From the NCBI RefSeq assembly GCF_009914755.1, contig NC_060925.1: 64,000 bases of DNA. One strand, 5' to 3'. The position numbers were made by a program, and so were the translations under genes. The notes under the pieces are model-generated. The model was not told where the DNA came from. It did no database searches and saw only the letters and a program-made list of their open reading frames with translations. The first letter of the stretch is position 1. Each line of letters begins with the position of its first letter. The stretch is from the human T2T-CHM13v2.0 reference genome, Homo sapiens. This document shows, piece by piece, positions 18,527 through 32,610 of the stretch.

Positions 18527-20604
18527 TCATTGTGGTAAAGGTCAGTGCTTAGGTACAGCCCATCACTTTACTCATCTTTGACCCCCCACACTCAGCAGCC
18601 TCCTGGCCTTTTGTGTTCACCTGAGAAGCAGGGCAGACAGTCTGCTTTTGGAGATGCTCTTTCTCTTCCTCTCTCTTCTGCCCCATCTGTACCACTGGCT
18701 GGGGAGTAGAGCTGGCATCTGTTCTGCAGGCCCAGTCATACCCATCTGTTGCAGGTTCTTCTGAGTGCATGGGTACCAATACTTAGATTCAGGGAGGAAG
18801 TACAAAACTCACTTCCACCTCTGGGTTGGGTTACCCGACCGGTGGGATAAGTTGATGTCTCCAGTGCAGTTTTCCAGGGCTCTGCACTGGGTATTGGGTG
18901 CTTGCCAGTTTATGAAAACCACAGTATTTTTTTCATGTGGCTATTGACCCTTACATGTCTTCCCTATCAGTCATACAGTTTATGAATAAACAGTCCTCTA
19001 CTCTGTCGCTCTGCATCAAACAAGACCACTCTTGACATTGCCTGTGGCTTGAGAGTACTAGTCCAAGTCCCAAATCTCTGGAGTAGGACACTCTCCAGCA
19101 TCCCTCACCATCAGCTGGAAATCCTGAGCAGCAACTGGGAGCCCATGCTCACGCTTCTATGCATGATTACCTTTCCTCCGTCCTCCTTGTTCTAAGATAA
19201 CTGATGGTCAAGAGGGTTGTCACCAGGGCTGGGCAGTAACAGGATACAGCTGAGGCCAGTCAGTACCAGGGAGATGCAACTGAGTATCAGGTTGACTGAT
19301 GAGCATTTTGGAGGATACATTATTGGGGGGCAACAGAGAGGTCTAGAGATGGGGACTCACAAAAGGGTGCTGACAGTCCTTGCAGAAGGACTCAGAAATT
19401 CAAAGAGTGGAGTTAAGGAGGGAAGAACCAGAATAGAAGGGATCAGTGTTCATTCATCAGAGATGAATGGCTCAGGAGGAATTTTGCTGAGGGCCGTCCT
19501 TGTCACCTGGGTACCTTTTAGATTACCTACACAGGAGGCGGCCACTACTTGAGGCTGTCACTCAGCTGCCAATCATCTGGTTGACTGATGGGATGGAACT
19601 CTGAGAGTCTCACTATTGCACAGGAGCATGTGAGAAGATCCTGCACCTTAAGTCGTTGCCCGCAGCTGAGAGTGGAGCAGCTCTGGATGCACTACTGCAT
19701 TTAAACCCAAGTGGGACCGACAACATGGCCACTCGTCACAGGGCACTCCTCAGTGGTTTCCTCATGTGCCCCGTGATGCATTGCCTTGACCTCCTTTATC
19801 AAATCTGTCTTCTCCATATGCCTAGTGTCTCTGGCCAGAATAGAACTGGCCACTGGGTGACCCATATGTGAGTCATAGAGATCCAGGGACCTGTCATCAT
19901 GTCTTTTGTTTCATCTATCCTTTTTATAAATTCAAAGTGGGTTAAATCTTACTAAAGTTCAGAAAAATTAAGTAACTTGGAATCAAAGTTCACACAGCTC
20001 ATAAGAGGCAAAACTAGCTGTAGTCCCCAATAACCACTTTCCCCACCTTCATCCATCAATAACAGAACTCCAATTTTATCCAGAGCTTGAAGGCATCAGC
20101 TAAATTCTACATTTCCCAGCCTCCTTGTGTAAACACGAGTTAGATCATGTCTGCTGAAAACAATCCAATAGCCTCCCGTGTCACTTGGGGTAAAACCAAA
20201 ATCCTTACAGGCCTTCAAGGCCCTGCACATGTGGCCCCAATAGTCCCCTCTGTGACCTCAGCTCCTGTCGTCTCTATGCTAGCTTTGCTCCAACGACACT
20301 GGCCTCTGGTCTTTGTGGCTCCCTGTCTTACCTCTTTCAGGACTTAGCTCAATTTCTCCTTCAGTGACACTCTTTGAGCAGCTACTTAAAATTGCAATAC
20401 TCCTCTCCCCAATGCCCCCAACACCCTCCTCTGCTATATTTCTCTCCACTGCAGTTAATACTCTCTCATCGACTCTATATTGACCTTATTTTTTTCTGTC
20501 TTCCTCCACTAGAATATAGATTTCAGAAGGGCAGCTGTTCAGTTTTGTTCACGGCCATATTCCAGTGTCTGTCACATGGTGGGCACTTAACAAATATCTT
20601 CAGT

Positions 20605-20945
20605 GGATTATTGTGGAACTTTTAAAAAGACTGTTTAAGGGAAGTTGACTCAGCTGAGGGAAATGCTTATTGGCCTTTCCTTCCTTGCATCTTTCCTCCT
20701 TCTCTCAGTCTGGAACTCAGACATGATGGCTGGAACCTCAGTTGCCATCTTGGATCGGAGATAACGTTGAAATGGGATCCATGGACTAGCATGGTAGAGT
20801 AGGGAGACAAAAGCAGCCAAGGTGGAGCTCCCTCATCAATCCTGGGCGCTGTCCTCCAGATTTCTTTTATAGGAAGTCTGATAAATGTCTACCTTGTTCA
20901 GGCAACTGTGTTTTTGGGTAACTGCTGCACCAGCATTGGACCCTA
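20605..20945 (+). mobile_element. Old MLT1 (J/K-like) LTR fragment
   Basis: GATGGCTGGAACCTCAGTTGCCATCTTGGA and a degenerate MLT1 3' end. Confidence 0.55.
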
Positions 20946-22008
20946 GCTGGGAATGACTGGCCCAGAACTTTACAGATGTCAGAATGTCCTTTCTTTCCTT
21001 ATTTGTGTGGCAAAATCCTACACTTTTAATGCCACCTTCTCTCTGGCAGAATTCTGTTTTTCTTTCCCTGGTTATAACATGTATCACGCTATTTTGGTAA
21101 CTTGGGTAAGGGTATTTCTTTCCAGTAGGTTCTGAACTCCTGGAGGAGAAGGTTCATCACCTGATCTTCTCATAACCCTGGCAACTAGCACAGAACTTGG
21201 CACCAAGGCTAGCCCTATTTGGCACATAATAGAGGCTTAATAAATGGCTGCTGAATTGTTTGGCTGAATACTTTGAGGCTTGGAAAATCAACAACCACAT
21301 CAACGATTCCAACTACAGACTCTATTCTATATTTACTCACACGTAAGAGAAAGATGAGCTCATCATCCCAAGCATTACCACATTAATAATAATGACATGG
21401 ATAATGACAGTGATGATAGCCCCTTACATAGGAATATCACTTCATAATTTTCAAGGCACTTTCCAAGCCGTTATCTCATTTGTGTCTCACAATACCCTCT
21501 GCAGAAGGCAGGGCCGGTTATGCTCATGTTCAGTTTATAGATGAGGAATATGGTGATCAGAGAGGCCAAATGAGTCTTCCAAGCCTTTCAGCTATTTAGA
21601 GGTAGAATTAAGACCAAAATCAGGTCTTTAGTCAGCCAAACCAAAGCTCAGCTGTGAATGATAACACTAAATGACTAAAACATCATGGTGATTATAATAA
21701 ATAAAACCCAAGCCCTTCAAAATGGGAAAATGAGAAGAGCCAGCTTCTCTCTGGTCCTAATAGATGAGGCTTACTTCCAAACCTTATAACTGCAAAAATC
21801 TGAATATAACCCAAACATTCAACCAGTAAGGAACTGGTTACAAAGGGTGGATTAGGGCCATCTACTGAAACACTAGCAGCCTTTTAAAAGAATAGCACTA
21901 TTCTTTGAATACTGATATGGGAAGGAGTCCAAGATCTATTCTTGGGCTCACATACAAAAAAATCAGATTACAGATGAGTACATATGGTGCAATCTCATTC
22001 ATATAGAA

Positions 22009-22211
22009 CAGGGATCAGCAAACTACAGCCCACAGGTCGGTGGCTGCCTGGTTTTGTAAATAAAGTTTTACTGGAACACAGCCATTTGTTTACATATTGT
22101 CTGTGGCTGCCTTTAGCATTACGAAGCAGAGCTGAGCAGTGGCAACAGAGACCATCTGGAGTAAAAATACTTACTCTCTGGCCCTTTCCAGAAAAAGTTT
22201 GCCAACTCCTG
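22009..22211 (+). mobile_element. MER58A hAT-Charlie element
   Basis: CAGGGATCAGCAAACTA...TTTTGTAAATAAAGTTTTACTGGAACACAGCC...AAGTTTGCCAACTCCTG; degenerate 8-bp TSD ATATAGAA/ATACAGAC. Confidence 0.85.
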
Positions 22212-23661
22212 ATACAGACTTTACATTACTTTATATTTATAGAAAGTATCCGAAATGAGATACCAAGCTGTTAATAATGGTATTGCACGGGATGATGGTA
22301 TTTGGGGGCATGCTAAGTCTTTAAGAGTATATCTTATATGCTTATATATTGTTTGAATTTTTCCAACAAACATGCATTCCTTTAAAAGGAGGCAGAATAT
22401 AAGATAGTTCTAATTTGCATTTAAGAAGAATGACCCATAACAGCAGCAGGTGGTGGGAATAGGGGTGGTAGCAGGTGTGGCCGTAGCTTCCAGGCCCACA
22501 GTGTTACTTCCAAGGGCTTGAAAGAGAAAATACATGCTTTTTAGGACCTTCCATTAAAAATCGATTCACTTTGGTCTTTCCTGTGTTCTTTCAGATTCTC
22601 TAACACACACTTCAAACTCTTCCCTCTGAAACGCCTCTGGCCCCCACTCTGGCACAGAGGGCTTCTACTTAACCTTTAGGGCTCTGTCTAAATGGATCCT
22701 GCTCAGAGAGGCCTTCACAGCAACCCTTCTGATTTGTTTCTCAGAGGAGCCTGTTGTTTTCTTTCCTAACTTCTTATGCTTCTTACTTCTTGCTGTTTCC
22801 CTCACTCACCTGTAAGTTACATTAGGGTAGGGATGATGATTACTTTGCTCCCTGCTGTATTCTCAACACCCAGCAGAGGGCATGGCATGAAGTAGGAGTC
22901 ATCAAGCATTTGTTGAATGAATGAATATGCCTTGCATGTGCGTGGATGTTTCAGCACATTCCTGCCTAGGAAAAGGCTGCCACACATGCTGGTATATGAG
23001 AATAAAGGTCCTTCCACCCCACTGGTTCTGTTGATATCCGTGGCCTGGAGAAAGACATAAACCTCCCTGTGACTCCATTTTGGTAACTGTATCCAAAACA
23101 CAGGATCCCTGCTGTTCTTTGTTTCCTTTTAGCAAAGGGTAAAGCCACCCAGGAGGATGAATTCAGAATAGAAGTGCCTCTGATCAATGGTCTAATAGAA
23201 ATCCACAGATGACATGACTGCATTCAGAATCATCTCCTAGAAAGTCTGCCCAGAGATGACTAAGACACTACAGTCACCCTTCAGAAGCAACTGAACAGAG
23301 ACATCTAAAAACCCACCCCTCTTTGCCTTAGAACCAGGTGGGCTTCCAACATCTCATCTACAGAAGGGTCCGTCGGTCTAGTTGTCACGAGGATGTGAAC
23401 TCCATGGAGGCAGAGACTTTGTTTGGTTTTCTGGTCTGTTCTCAGCCCCTGTAAGAAGGTCTGGCATATGGTAGCTGCTCAATTCGTATTTACCGAATGA
23501 ATAAATAAATAAAAATGCCTGACCTGCTCTTGCCCCTTCTGCAAAAGCCTAATCCCATGATGCTGCTCAGTGGACACTTGAATTAAGCCTGTTCCCTCAG
23601 ATGATCCTTTGGGATCTGAAACTGGAATCTAAACTGGGAAGTGATTCAAAGCCAAGAGTGA

Positions 23662-24085
<424 letters not shown>

Positions 24086-25480
24086 TCAGAAGGAGGCAGG
24101 GAGGAGAGAGAACGATTCTGGAGTGCGGATGATGGTCTCAGTCTGTGCCTCTGCCATCCTGATTCCAGTCCTTTGGGAGTTTATGCTTTCTGCCCTTGGG
24201 CTCTTGTATTCTAAAAGTATTTTGCTTTTTTGTGTCAGAGTTATTGTTATCTGTATTGTTAAAATATAGAAACCTTTTAGCTTAAGTTACTTAGGCTGTT
24301 AGTTGTTTTCTCATAATCATGTCTCCTTTTTGTGTCAGATTGTTTTGAGTGGGTTTCTGTTTCTTGTGTTTTTATAATAAGTTACCCCTTTGTTTGCTTA
24401 AGTTGCTCTGAGTGGTTTTTTGATATTTCCTAAGATTCTACCAAACTGTTTCTGCTTCTCACTTGGGAAGCTGTGTGTGGAGAAAGGCTCCTGGTCTCTC
24501 TGCCTTGGGTCAGGGGAAGGGTTAATCTCAGAGAGTAATTTCCCCTGTGCTGAGCCCAACTGAGTCCAGCAACATCTCTCTATGTGGGGCGCTCGTAGGC
24601 CCCTTTCACCTCCCTAAGCAAGACCCCTGAAGCCACAGCTCCCAGGATACCCAGACTCTCAGTTTTAGCAGAGCCCTGGATCTCTCTAAAAGACATGGAC
24701 ACAGATGCTTCCTGGATGCAGAGGCCAATTCTGCTTTTCCTGAGGACCCAGCCCTGCCTCCCTGTGGAGGTCCTCAGTGGGCTGCCTCTCCATCTATGGT
24801 TCTCTCCAGACTTACAGGGTGTGGAATGTCTAAATTCTTTGCTATGGGCTGGCAAAGCATATGGGACACATACGTCTATCACAAATATTCATGTTATAAA
24901 TATCCCACACTTATTACATGTGCAAAACATTATGCTCACACTTTACATCTTCAGTAAACAGAAAAGAACATGTACCGTGTTCCCCTGGGTTAGCCCCATT
25001 CTCCCTTCCAAACAAAGGCACAACAAATGCAATACCAGTGACATAGGAAAAAGGAGGTGGGATGAAAGTGGGTGGATCAAAGTACATATCAAATACTTAT
25101 TGGCACTGGGCACTCTGCTTGATGCTGTGCCTATGTGCTAATCCTCACAACAACTCCTTCGTTTAGTGTCACTGTCCCTTTTTCATGGAGGAGGAAGCAA
25201 TGCTCAGAGGAGTTAGGCAACTTGTTTCAGGGCATACAGTTATGAAGTGATGGAGCCTACCCTATAAAGAAAGATAGTGTACATGGGAAAATATCCTCAA
25301 AGCCATGGGACCTGATAGCAAAGTAGACCCATTCCAGGAATCCAGGGATCCTGGCATAGGCAGAAGCAGACCAGAGGGTAAGGTAGGGGTCCCTAGGTTC
25401 CACCAAATGGGCTACTAGACCAGAGGCCCAGGGAGATAGTAGAGGGTGACTAATATTAGGAGGTGTGTAGTCTGGGAATG

Positions 25481-25506
25481 AAGGAAGGAAGGAAGGAAGG
25501 AAGGAA
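25481..25506. repeat. (GGAA)n simple repeat
   Basis: About six GGAA units. Confidence 0.9.
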
Positions 25507-26910
25507 CAAATGAAATAATGAAGGATGCTTGAGGCTTCCAACAGGCACCCCCTACCCCTCAAACACACATAGTTATCTTTATCTTGGTACTTGCACTACA
25601 GATCCTAATAGGGTGATGGGGGATACGTCTGTAGGATGTGCCTCTCTTCTCCCCTCTCTCCAGTAATTGGCTGCTTGGCTGGCTCCGATGGCAGCTGGGG
25701 AGGTCTTATTCCCCGGGTTATGGTTTAGACCTAAAGACCCCTCTAGATACCACCTTGGGTCAACAGGCAAAAGTGGAAAGAACTTCACTGGGAAAGAGGT
25801 TTTGAAAGTATGGCTCTCGGACCATGAATTTCCTTGGAGAAGACCTGGGGGAGAGATGGCCACAGGCAGGTAGGCATGAACAAGGTGACTGGAGAGGAAG
25901 CTCAGGGGGTTTCTACCCAATAGCTTACTGTATCCAGGGAAGCTGAAATGAAATCATCTTATAAAAAATGAGGCTGACGGGGTGACATTTGGGGTGAATT
26001 TTGGAATCTCTGCCAAGAAGAACTCAGTTGGGTCAAGTCGGAGGCAGCTCTGGTGGTTGCTAAGGCTTGGCTGGGGGAAAGGACATCACTCGTAGTGACT
26101 CTAAGTATCACGTTTGTGCAGCTTTGTCTGGGTGTCCTCAGCTGTGTGGGTGTGGGTTCAACAAAGGGTACAGTTTTGCAAGGTTTATGCACTTGGAGGA
26201 CTAGCGGGCAGGACAATTGAGGGTACTGATGAGAATATGAAGGAAGAGATGAATAATAAGAAATGGTGATGATATGGCAGTGGGGATGGTGGTGGTGGGA
26301 GCAATGGAGGTCCCAGACTGGGTCTAAGTTGTGGCTTCTGTTTGTTAGAATTCCAAAGTGTCTGACTGTGCTGATATCAGTGTGTGGAAGAGGGTTTGGG
26401 CCCAGGAGGTTTACCAAATGGCAGGTGCCTGGAGGAAGAAAGGATGGCAGAATATCCATTGCCTAGGCCAGCCCCGTGAGGCAAGAAGACTACAAGTAAA
26501 ACATTCTCCATTTTGCACACCAGTCTTCTAGAACTGTACCCGACAAACAGGAGATAATCAAGAACTATGAGGAGTCCAATGAGTTGATGGATATAGAGCA
26601 CTTAGGCTGGTGCTGGCAGTGGGAAAACACTAAGTTTGCCATTGTTCTAATTAGTGTTATGTGTGAGCTCATGTGAGATATTCCCAGGGGTGGCCGGAAA
26701 TATTTAATTAGGGGACACTTTAAAAGGTATCTGAGGTCTTATGTTATGCAAGTGGGGAACATGAGCCAGAAAATTTTTAATTTTAGCTGGTAATGCGACC
26801 CCATTTGTATGCTCAGGCTGATGAGGCCTGGGTGAACCCGGGTTATAGTAACAATAACAAAATCTATCATTCCCAGAGCATCTGTAGAGTGTTTAGTACA
26901 TATGGAGCAT

Positions 26911-26913
<3 letters not shown>

Positions 26914-26958
<45 letters not shown>
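26914..26958. repeat. (AC)22 microsatellite
   Basis: Perfect dinucleotide run. Confidence 0.97.
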
Positions 26959-26964
<6 letters not shown>

Positions 26965-27451
26965 AAATATGCATGTATAAAATATCTTTTAATCTTAACC
27001 TCCTGCAACATAATTATTACTAGCAACAATTTGTAGATGATGTTCCAAGAGATAATACTTGCCAAGCTCACAAATCAAGCAAGGAAGGGAGCTGGGATTT
27101 AGATAATGGGATTTGGGATAATTAGGGAAGACTAAAAGGTCAAAAAGAGATAATAGCGTAGAAGACAGTGGAGTGCTCGAGAGCCTGGAACTCCTCTTAC
27201 TACTACTAATGATACTTGAACATTACAGAATGCATGATATGTGCCAGGCACTGTACCAAGGACTTTCATGTGTGGACTCACTGATCTTTACATTTCTATG
27301 AAGCAGGAATTTTCCTACCATCGTTTTATAAAGGAAGAAATGGAGGCTTCAAGAGGTTCAATGCTTTATCCAAGGTCACGCAAATGTTAAGTCATAAACA
27401 TGAACTTTCAATCCAATTAATTTGACAGTCAATGCTCTTAACTGGGCAGGG

Positions 27452-27613
27452 ACAGCCTGTTTTTGTAAGTGAATTTTTCTTCAAATGCAGCCACGCCCAT
27501 TTCTTTTCTGTTTTGTCTGTGGCTGCTTTAGCACTACAGTAGTAGGGCTGAGTAGTTGTGATAGGTAAACCTACAATATTTACTATTTTTAGGGGAAAAA
27601 TTGTTGACTCTTG
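27452..27613 (+). mobile_element. MER58-like fragment
   Basis: GCCTGTTTTTGTAA...CAGCCACGCCCATT...GTCTGTGGCTGCTTT...GAGTAGTTGTGA. Confidence 0.65.
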
Positions 27614-28186
27614 CTCTCTACCACAACACTACTGAACTTGCCTTAATTAGCACAGCTGGAAGGATGAGCAAATGTGATCAGGAGGTATCAGAAAGTGACC
27701 AGTCTATGACGAGGTGTCAGAGTGTGGCCAAGGAGTGTCCTTGGGACAGAGGTCTAAGCACCATGACCCTAGGATTAGATGGGCTGTCCATAGGGATGTT
27801 GAAGTTACCCAGGATGGTGAGAAGCTCTGAGTGGAGAGGAAGATTGTGCCTCATATCAGAATCCTCTTTAGTGAAGTGGAGTGAAGGAAGATACCAGCTG
27901 ATAGCTATGAGGTTGAAATAGAGTTAGGAATGACCCTCATAGAAAAAGAGAAGAGGAGTAGTGGTTGGAAATAGATGAGGTGCAAAAAGAATGCTGGTTC
28001 CCTTTTTTCCCACCCCTGGAGAATATAGGGGTGAAAGACTAAGCCCGATGGGGGCCGCAGGAAAGGCAGGTTTCTGCAGGCGGCAGCAGTGCTAGGGTTG
28101 GTGTGGGCTTGCTGTGGTCCAGCCCAGGGCTCTCCTCACTACGCTACACTACTTGCCCTCTGCCTTGTTAGCTGGACCTGTCCTCA

Positions 28187-28432
<246 letters not shown>

Positions 28433-29072
28433 CTAAGGTCAAATAAAGGCTTTTGCCGGGGTCTTAGGCTCAACCAAAGCATAGGGCCTCCCAGGGAGCA
28501 AGCCCACCATCCCACTGGTACCCAACCCCTGAAGACTGGCTGGTGGGAAGGGAGAAGATGAGGCCCTGATGACCTCAGTCAGGTGAGAAGATGGAAGAGG
28601 CAGGCTCAGGGGCAGAGGAGTCAGATTCCAGTCAGTGTCTAAAAATCTGGAGCTGAAAACCTAACGTCCTCCTTATACAGAAGGGAAAATGAGTTGCCAA
28701 CTCTGGACACCAAGCTGTCAACCAAAGTAGGTCCAAAACCCAACTCTCTTACCTGACACTAATGTCCTTATACTGTGCTCTTCTGAACCTCATTTTCTAA
28801 GAGAGAATGAGCCAACTATGGTGCCATTCTCAGGGAGGAAGGGACCTGTTACCATGAAGGACCCTAGATTTGTGCCTTCATCCCAAGCCAGTGCTCCAGC
28901 TCTCCTCAGGGTCTGCTATTGCCCCAACGCCTAGCACCCACAAATGTCCTAACCCTTAGCTATTCTGACCCTGGTATGAGAGAAAAATCCATTTTAAAAA
29001 CTTAGTTGAGCAAATTGAATATTAGAGTTCATGAATGTAATTTATCCCACTGGAATGGCTCGAGTGAAAATG

Positions 29073-30662
29073 ATGGAAAATGCATATTACGAAAAAATTA
29101 TGCATGGAGTTCAAAAGTTTTTTGCACCAAAATAAACTCACACTAACTTGTTATAACATGTCTGCACAGGATCTAATGTGAGGCATTAAGAAGGACAAGA
29201 TATCAGCTTGAAAAAAGCCTCTATCAGAGCAACATGAATTCTGCTAAAATTGAAGCAAGGAAAAACATTAAATTTATGGTGAAGCTTGGGTAGAAGAATG
29301 GTGACATCACTGATGCTTTACAAAAAGTTTATGGGGACAATGACCCAAAGAAATCAGCAGTTTACAAATGGATAACTTGTTTCACGAAGGGAGGGGATGA
29401 TAATGAAGATGAAGCCTGCCAAGGCGGACCTCCACATCAGTTGGAGAGGAAAAAAATTAATCTTGTTTGTGTCCTAATTGAATAGGACCAATGATTAATA
29501 GCACTAACGAGAGCCAACACCATAGACATCTCGACTGGTTCAGATTACACAATTTTGACTAAAAAATTAAGGTTGATCAAACTTTCTACTTGATGGGTGT
29601 CAAAACCATTGTGCCTAGATCAGCTGCAGACAAAAGCAGAGCTTTTGGCCGGGCATGGTGGCTCATGCCTGTAATCCCAGCACTTTGGGAGGCTGAGGTG
29701 GGCGGATCACAAGGTCCGGAGATCGAGACCATCCTGACTAACACGGTGAAACCCCGTCTCTACTAAAAATACAAAAAATTAGCCAGGCGTGGTGGTGGGC
29801 ACCTGTAGTCCCAACTACTCAGGAAGCTGAGGCAGGAGAATGGCATGAACCCGGGAGGTGGAGTTTGCAGTCAGCAGAGATTGTGCCACTGTACTCCAGT
29901 CTGGGTGACAGAGCGAGACTCTGTCTCAAAAAAAAAAAAAAAAAAAAAAAAGCAGAGCTTTCAGTGGAAATTTAAAAAATGTGGGATCAAGATCCTGAAA
30001 CATTTCTCCCAAGAACAGGAGATGGAACATGGATTTACCAGTACAATCTGGAAGACAAAGCACAATCAAAGCAATGGCTACCAGGGAATGGAAGTGTACA
30101 GTCAAAGCAAAAGTGGAGCAAAGGTCAAGGTAATGGGTTTTTTTCTTTTTTATGGATGCTCCAGACATTTTGTGGTTGATTTTCTGAAGGGCCAAAGAAT
30201 GATAACATCTGCTTCTTAGGAGTTTGTTTTGAGAAAGTTAGCTAAAGCTTTAGCAGTAAAGTGCCTGGAAAGCTTCGAGAGAGACTCCTTCTGCCCGACA
30301 ACAATGCTCCTGATCATTTCTCTCATCCAACAAGGGTAATTTTTCAAGAGTTTCAATGGGAAATCATTAGGCATCCACTTTACAGTCCTGATTTGGCTCC
30401 TTCTTATTGCTTTTTGTTTTCTAATCTTAAAAAAATCTTTAAAGAGCACCCATTTTTTCTTCCATTAATAAAGTAAAAAAGACTACATTGACATGGTTAA
30501 ATTACCAGGACCCTCTGTTCTTTAGGGATGGACAAAATGACTGGAATAGTTGGTTACAAAAGTGTCTTGAACTTGATGGAGTTTATGTTGAGTAATAAAG
30601 TTTATATTTTTTATTTTCATCTTAAATTCAATTTTTCCACAAACTTTTTGAAGTCCCCCCTG
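29073..30662 (+). mobile_element. HSMAR2 mariner DNA transposon, near full length, decayed, interrupted by an AluY
   Basis: ATGAATTCTGCTAAAATTGAAGCAAG at 29234; mariner motifs TGDGTWIYQY, DNNAPDH and HPLYSPDLAPSY in the ORF track; right TIR TTTTCCACAAACTTTTTGAAGTCCCC followed by TA at 30663-30664; left TIR mostly missing. Confidence 0.9.
29647..29951 (+). mobile_element. AluY inserted in HSMAR2
   Basis: GAGATCGAGACCATCCTGACTAACACGG and GAATGGCATGAACCCGGG diagnostics; long A tail; TSD AAAAGCAGAGCTTT at 29632-29645 and 29948-29961. Confidence 0.93.
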
Positions 30663-30835
30663 TATGCCTGTGCTCTGGTGCAGCAATTCCACTCTTAAGT
30701 ATATATCTAACAAAGGCAATTGATACCAATCAAGTGTGCAAAGATGAAAACAATAGAAAAGTAAATGAGCTTGCAGAGAATAGATTTCAGATGCAAATTT
30801 GCTCCTGCCCAGCCATGGTCTGGGATACTCAGATA

Positions 30836-31344
<509 letters not shown>

Positions 31345-32254
31345 TACTCTATTTGAGATTGAGAGTAAAATGACTGTTCTACCTTTTGGCTAAGATATAT
31401 AGCAGGGGGAGGAGGTCATACATCTCTAGGACAAAGGAGATAAGGCTGGCTAAGAGACAGGATGGGGGACTGGGAGGCACGGGGCACAGAGCCAGATGCG
31501 CACTGGCCTCCTTCCCACCTGGCACCTTGTCACACTGGTGTCAGTTGCGGGGTCAACACACCATGGCTGGGTGACACGGTCTTCTTGCCCCTGTAATTCA
31601 GCTTCTTGACATCTGCTCTTTTGAAAGTCACCGGCGAAGGGTTTCGGAGGGAGTGAGTCTTGGTCACAAATGATGGCATCACCACTTCCTAACTAACTGC
31701 CTTCTTTCTGTCTCTCCCTTCCATCATCAAATTTTGAGCACCCTCGATATTCCAGGCACTGTGCAAGGTGCCAAGGACATGGGGACATGTAAGACACCAC
31801 TTCTGCCTTCAAAAATTGATGGTGCTGTAGGAAGTGACAGATATATCAACAACAAAATAATGTATGAAGTCAGCCCGAGGCAGAGCAGAAACACAAAGCA
31901 AGGTTCCTTGGGGAGGATGAAAAATCAAACATTTATGGAGGAAATCAAGCCTGAACTGAGTCTTGGGAGATGAGAAGACCCTTACAGATAGGACAAGGAG
32001 GGAACAGGAAGTTGCTGTGAAGGCAGAAACAGAGGCAAAGTCATAAGGGCATGAAAGAATCCGTGAGGCCCTGAAACTGCAAGGAGTTCCATCTGGCTGG
32101 AGCTTAGGGCTTAGGATGGGGTGGGCTTAGGATGGGGTGGGGGGCTGACTGGAGAGGTAGGCAAGCACCAGATTGTTTGGAATGAAACTCCAAAGTTTGG
32201 GCCTTTATTATAAGCAATAGAGGGCCATGATAGGATTTAAAAATAAAGGATCTA

Positions 32255-32610
32255 TTTGTTTGTTTCTTTGTTTTTGAATTGAGGTATGATTTACACCGTG
32301 TGAAATGATCAGCCCTAAGGTGTGCCACTCTATCAGTTTTGACACATGCATATCAAGACCCAGAACTGTCCCACCACCCCAGAGAGTTCCAAATGCCCCT
32401 TCCCATTCAACCTTCCCTACCCTCAGATGCCAACACTGATTAGAATTCTTCACCAGGGATTAGTTTTGCTGATCCTACAATTTTATAGGAGTTGAATCAT
32501 ACATTATGTACTTTTTTATGTCTGTCTTCTTTCACTCAGCATAATATTTTTGGGACTCATCCACGTTGTTGCATGTATCAGTAGTTCATTCTTTTTTATT
32601 GCTGAGCACT
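32255..32610 (-). mobile_element. L1M 3' fragment
   Basis: CTTCTTTCACTCAGCATAATATTTTTGGGACTCATCCACGTTGTTGCATGTATCAGTAGTTCATTC. Confidence 0.75.

Noticed and set aside
29234-30530. Domesticated mariner transposase
   Set aside because: Stops, frameshifts, an Alu insertion and loss of the third catalytic Asp; it is also on the strand opposite CSMD2.
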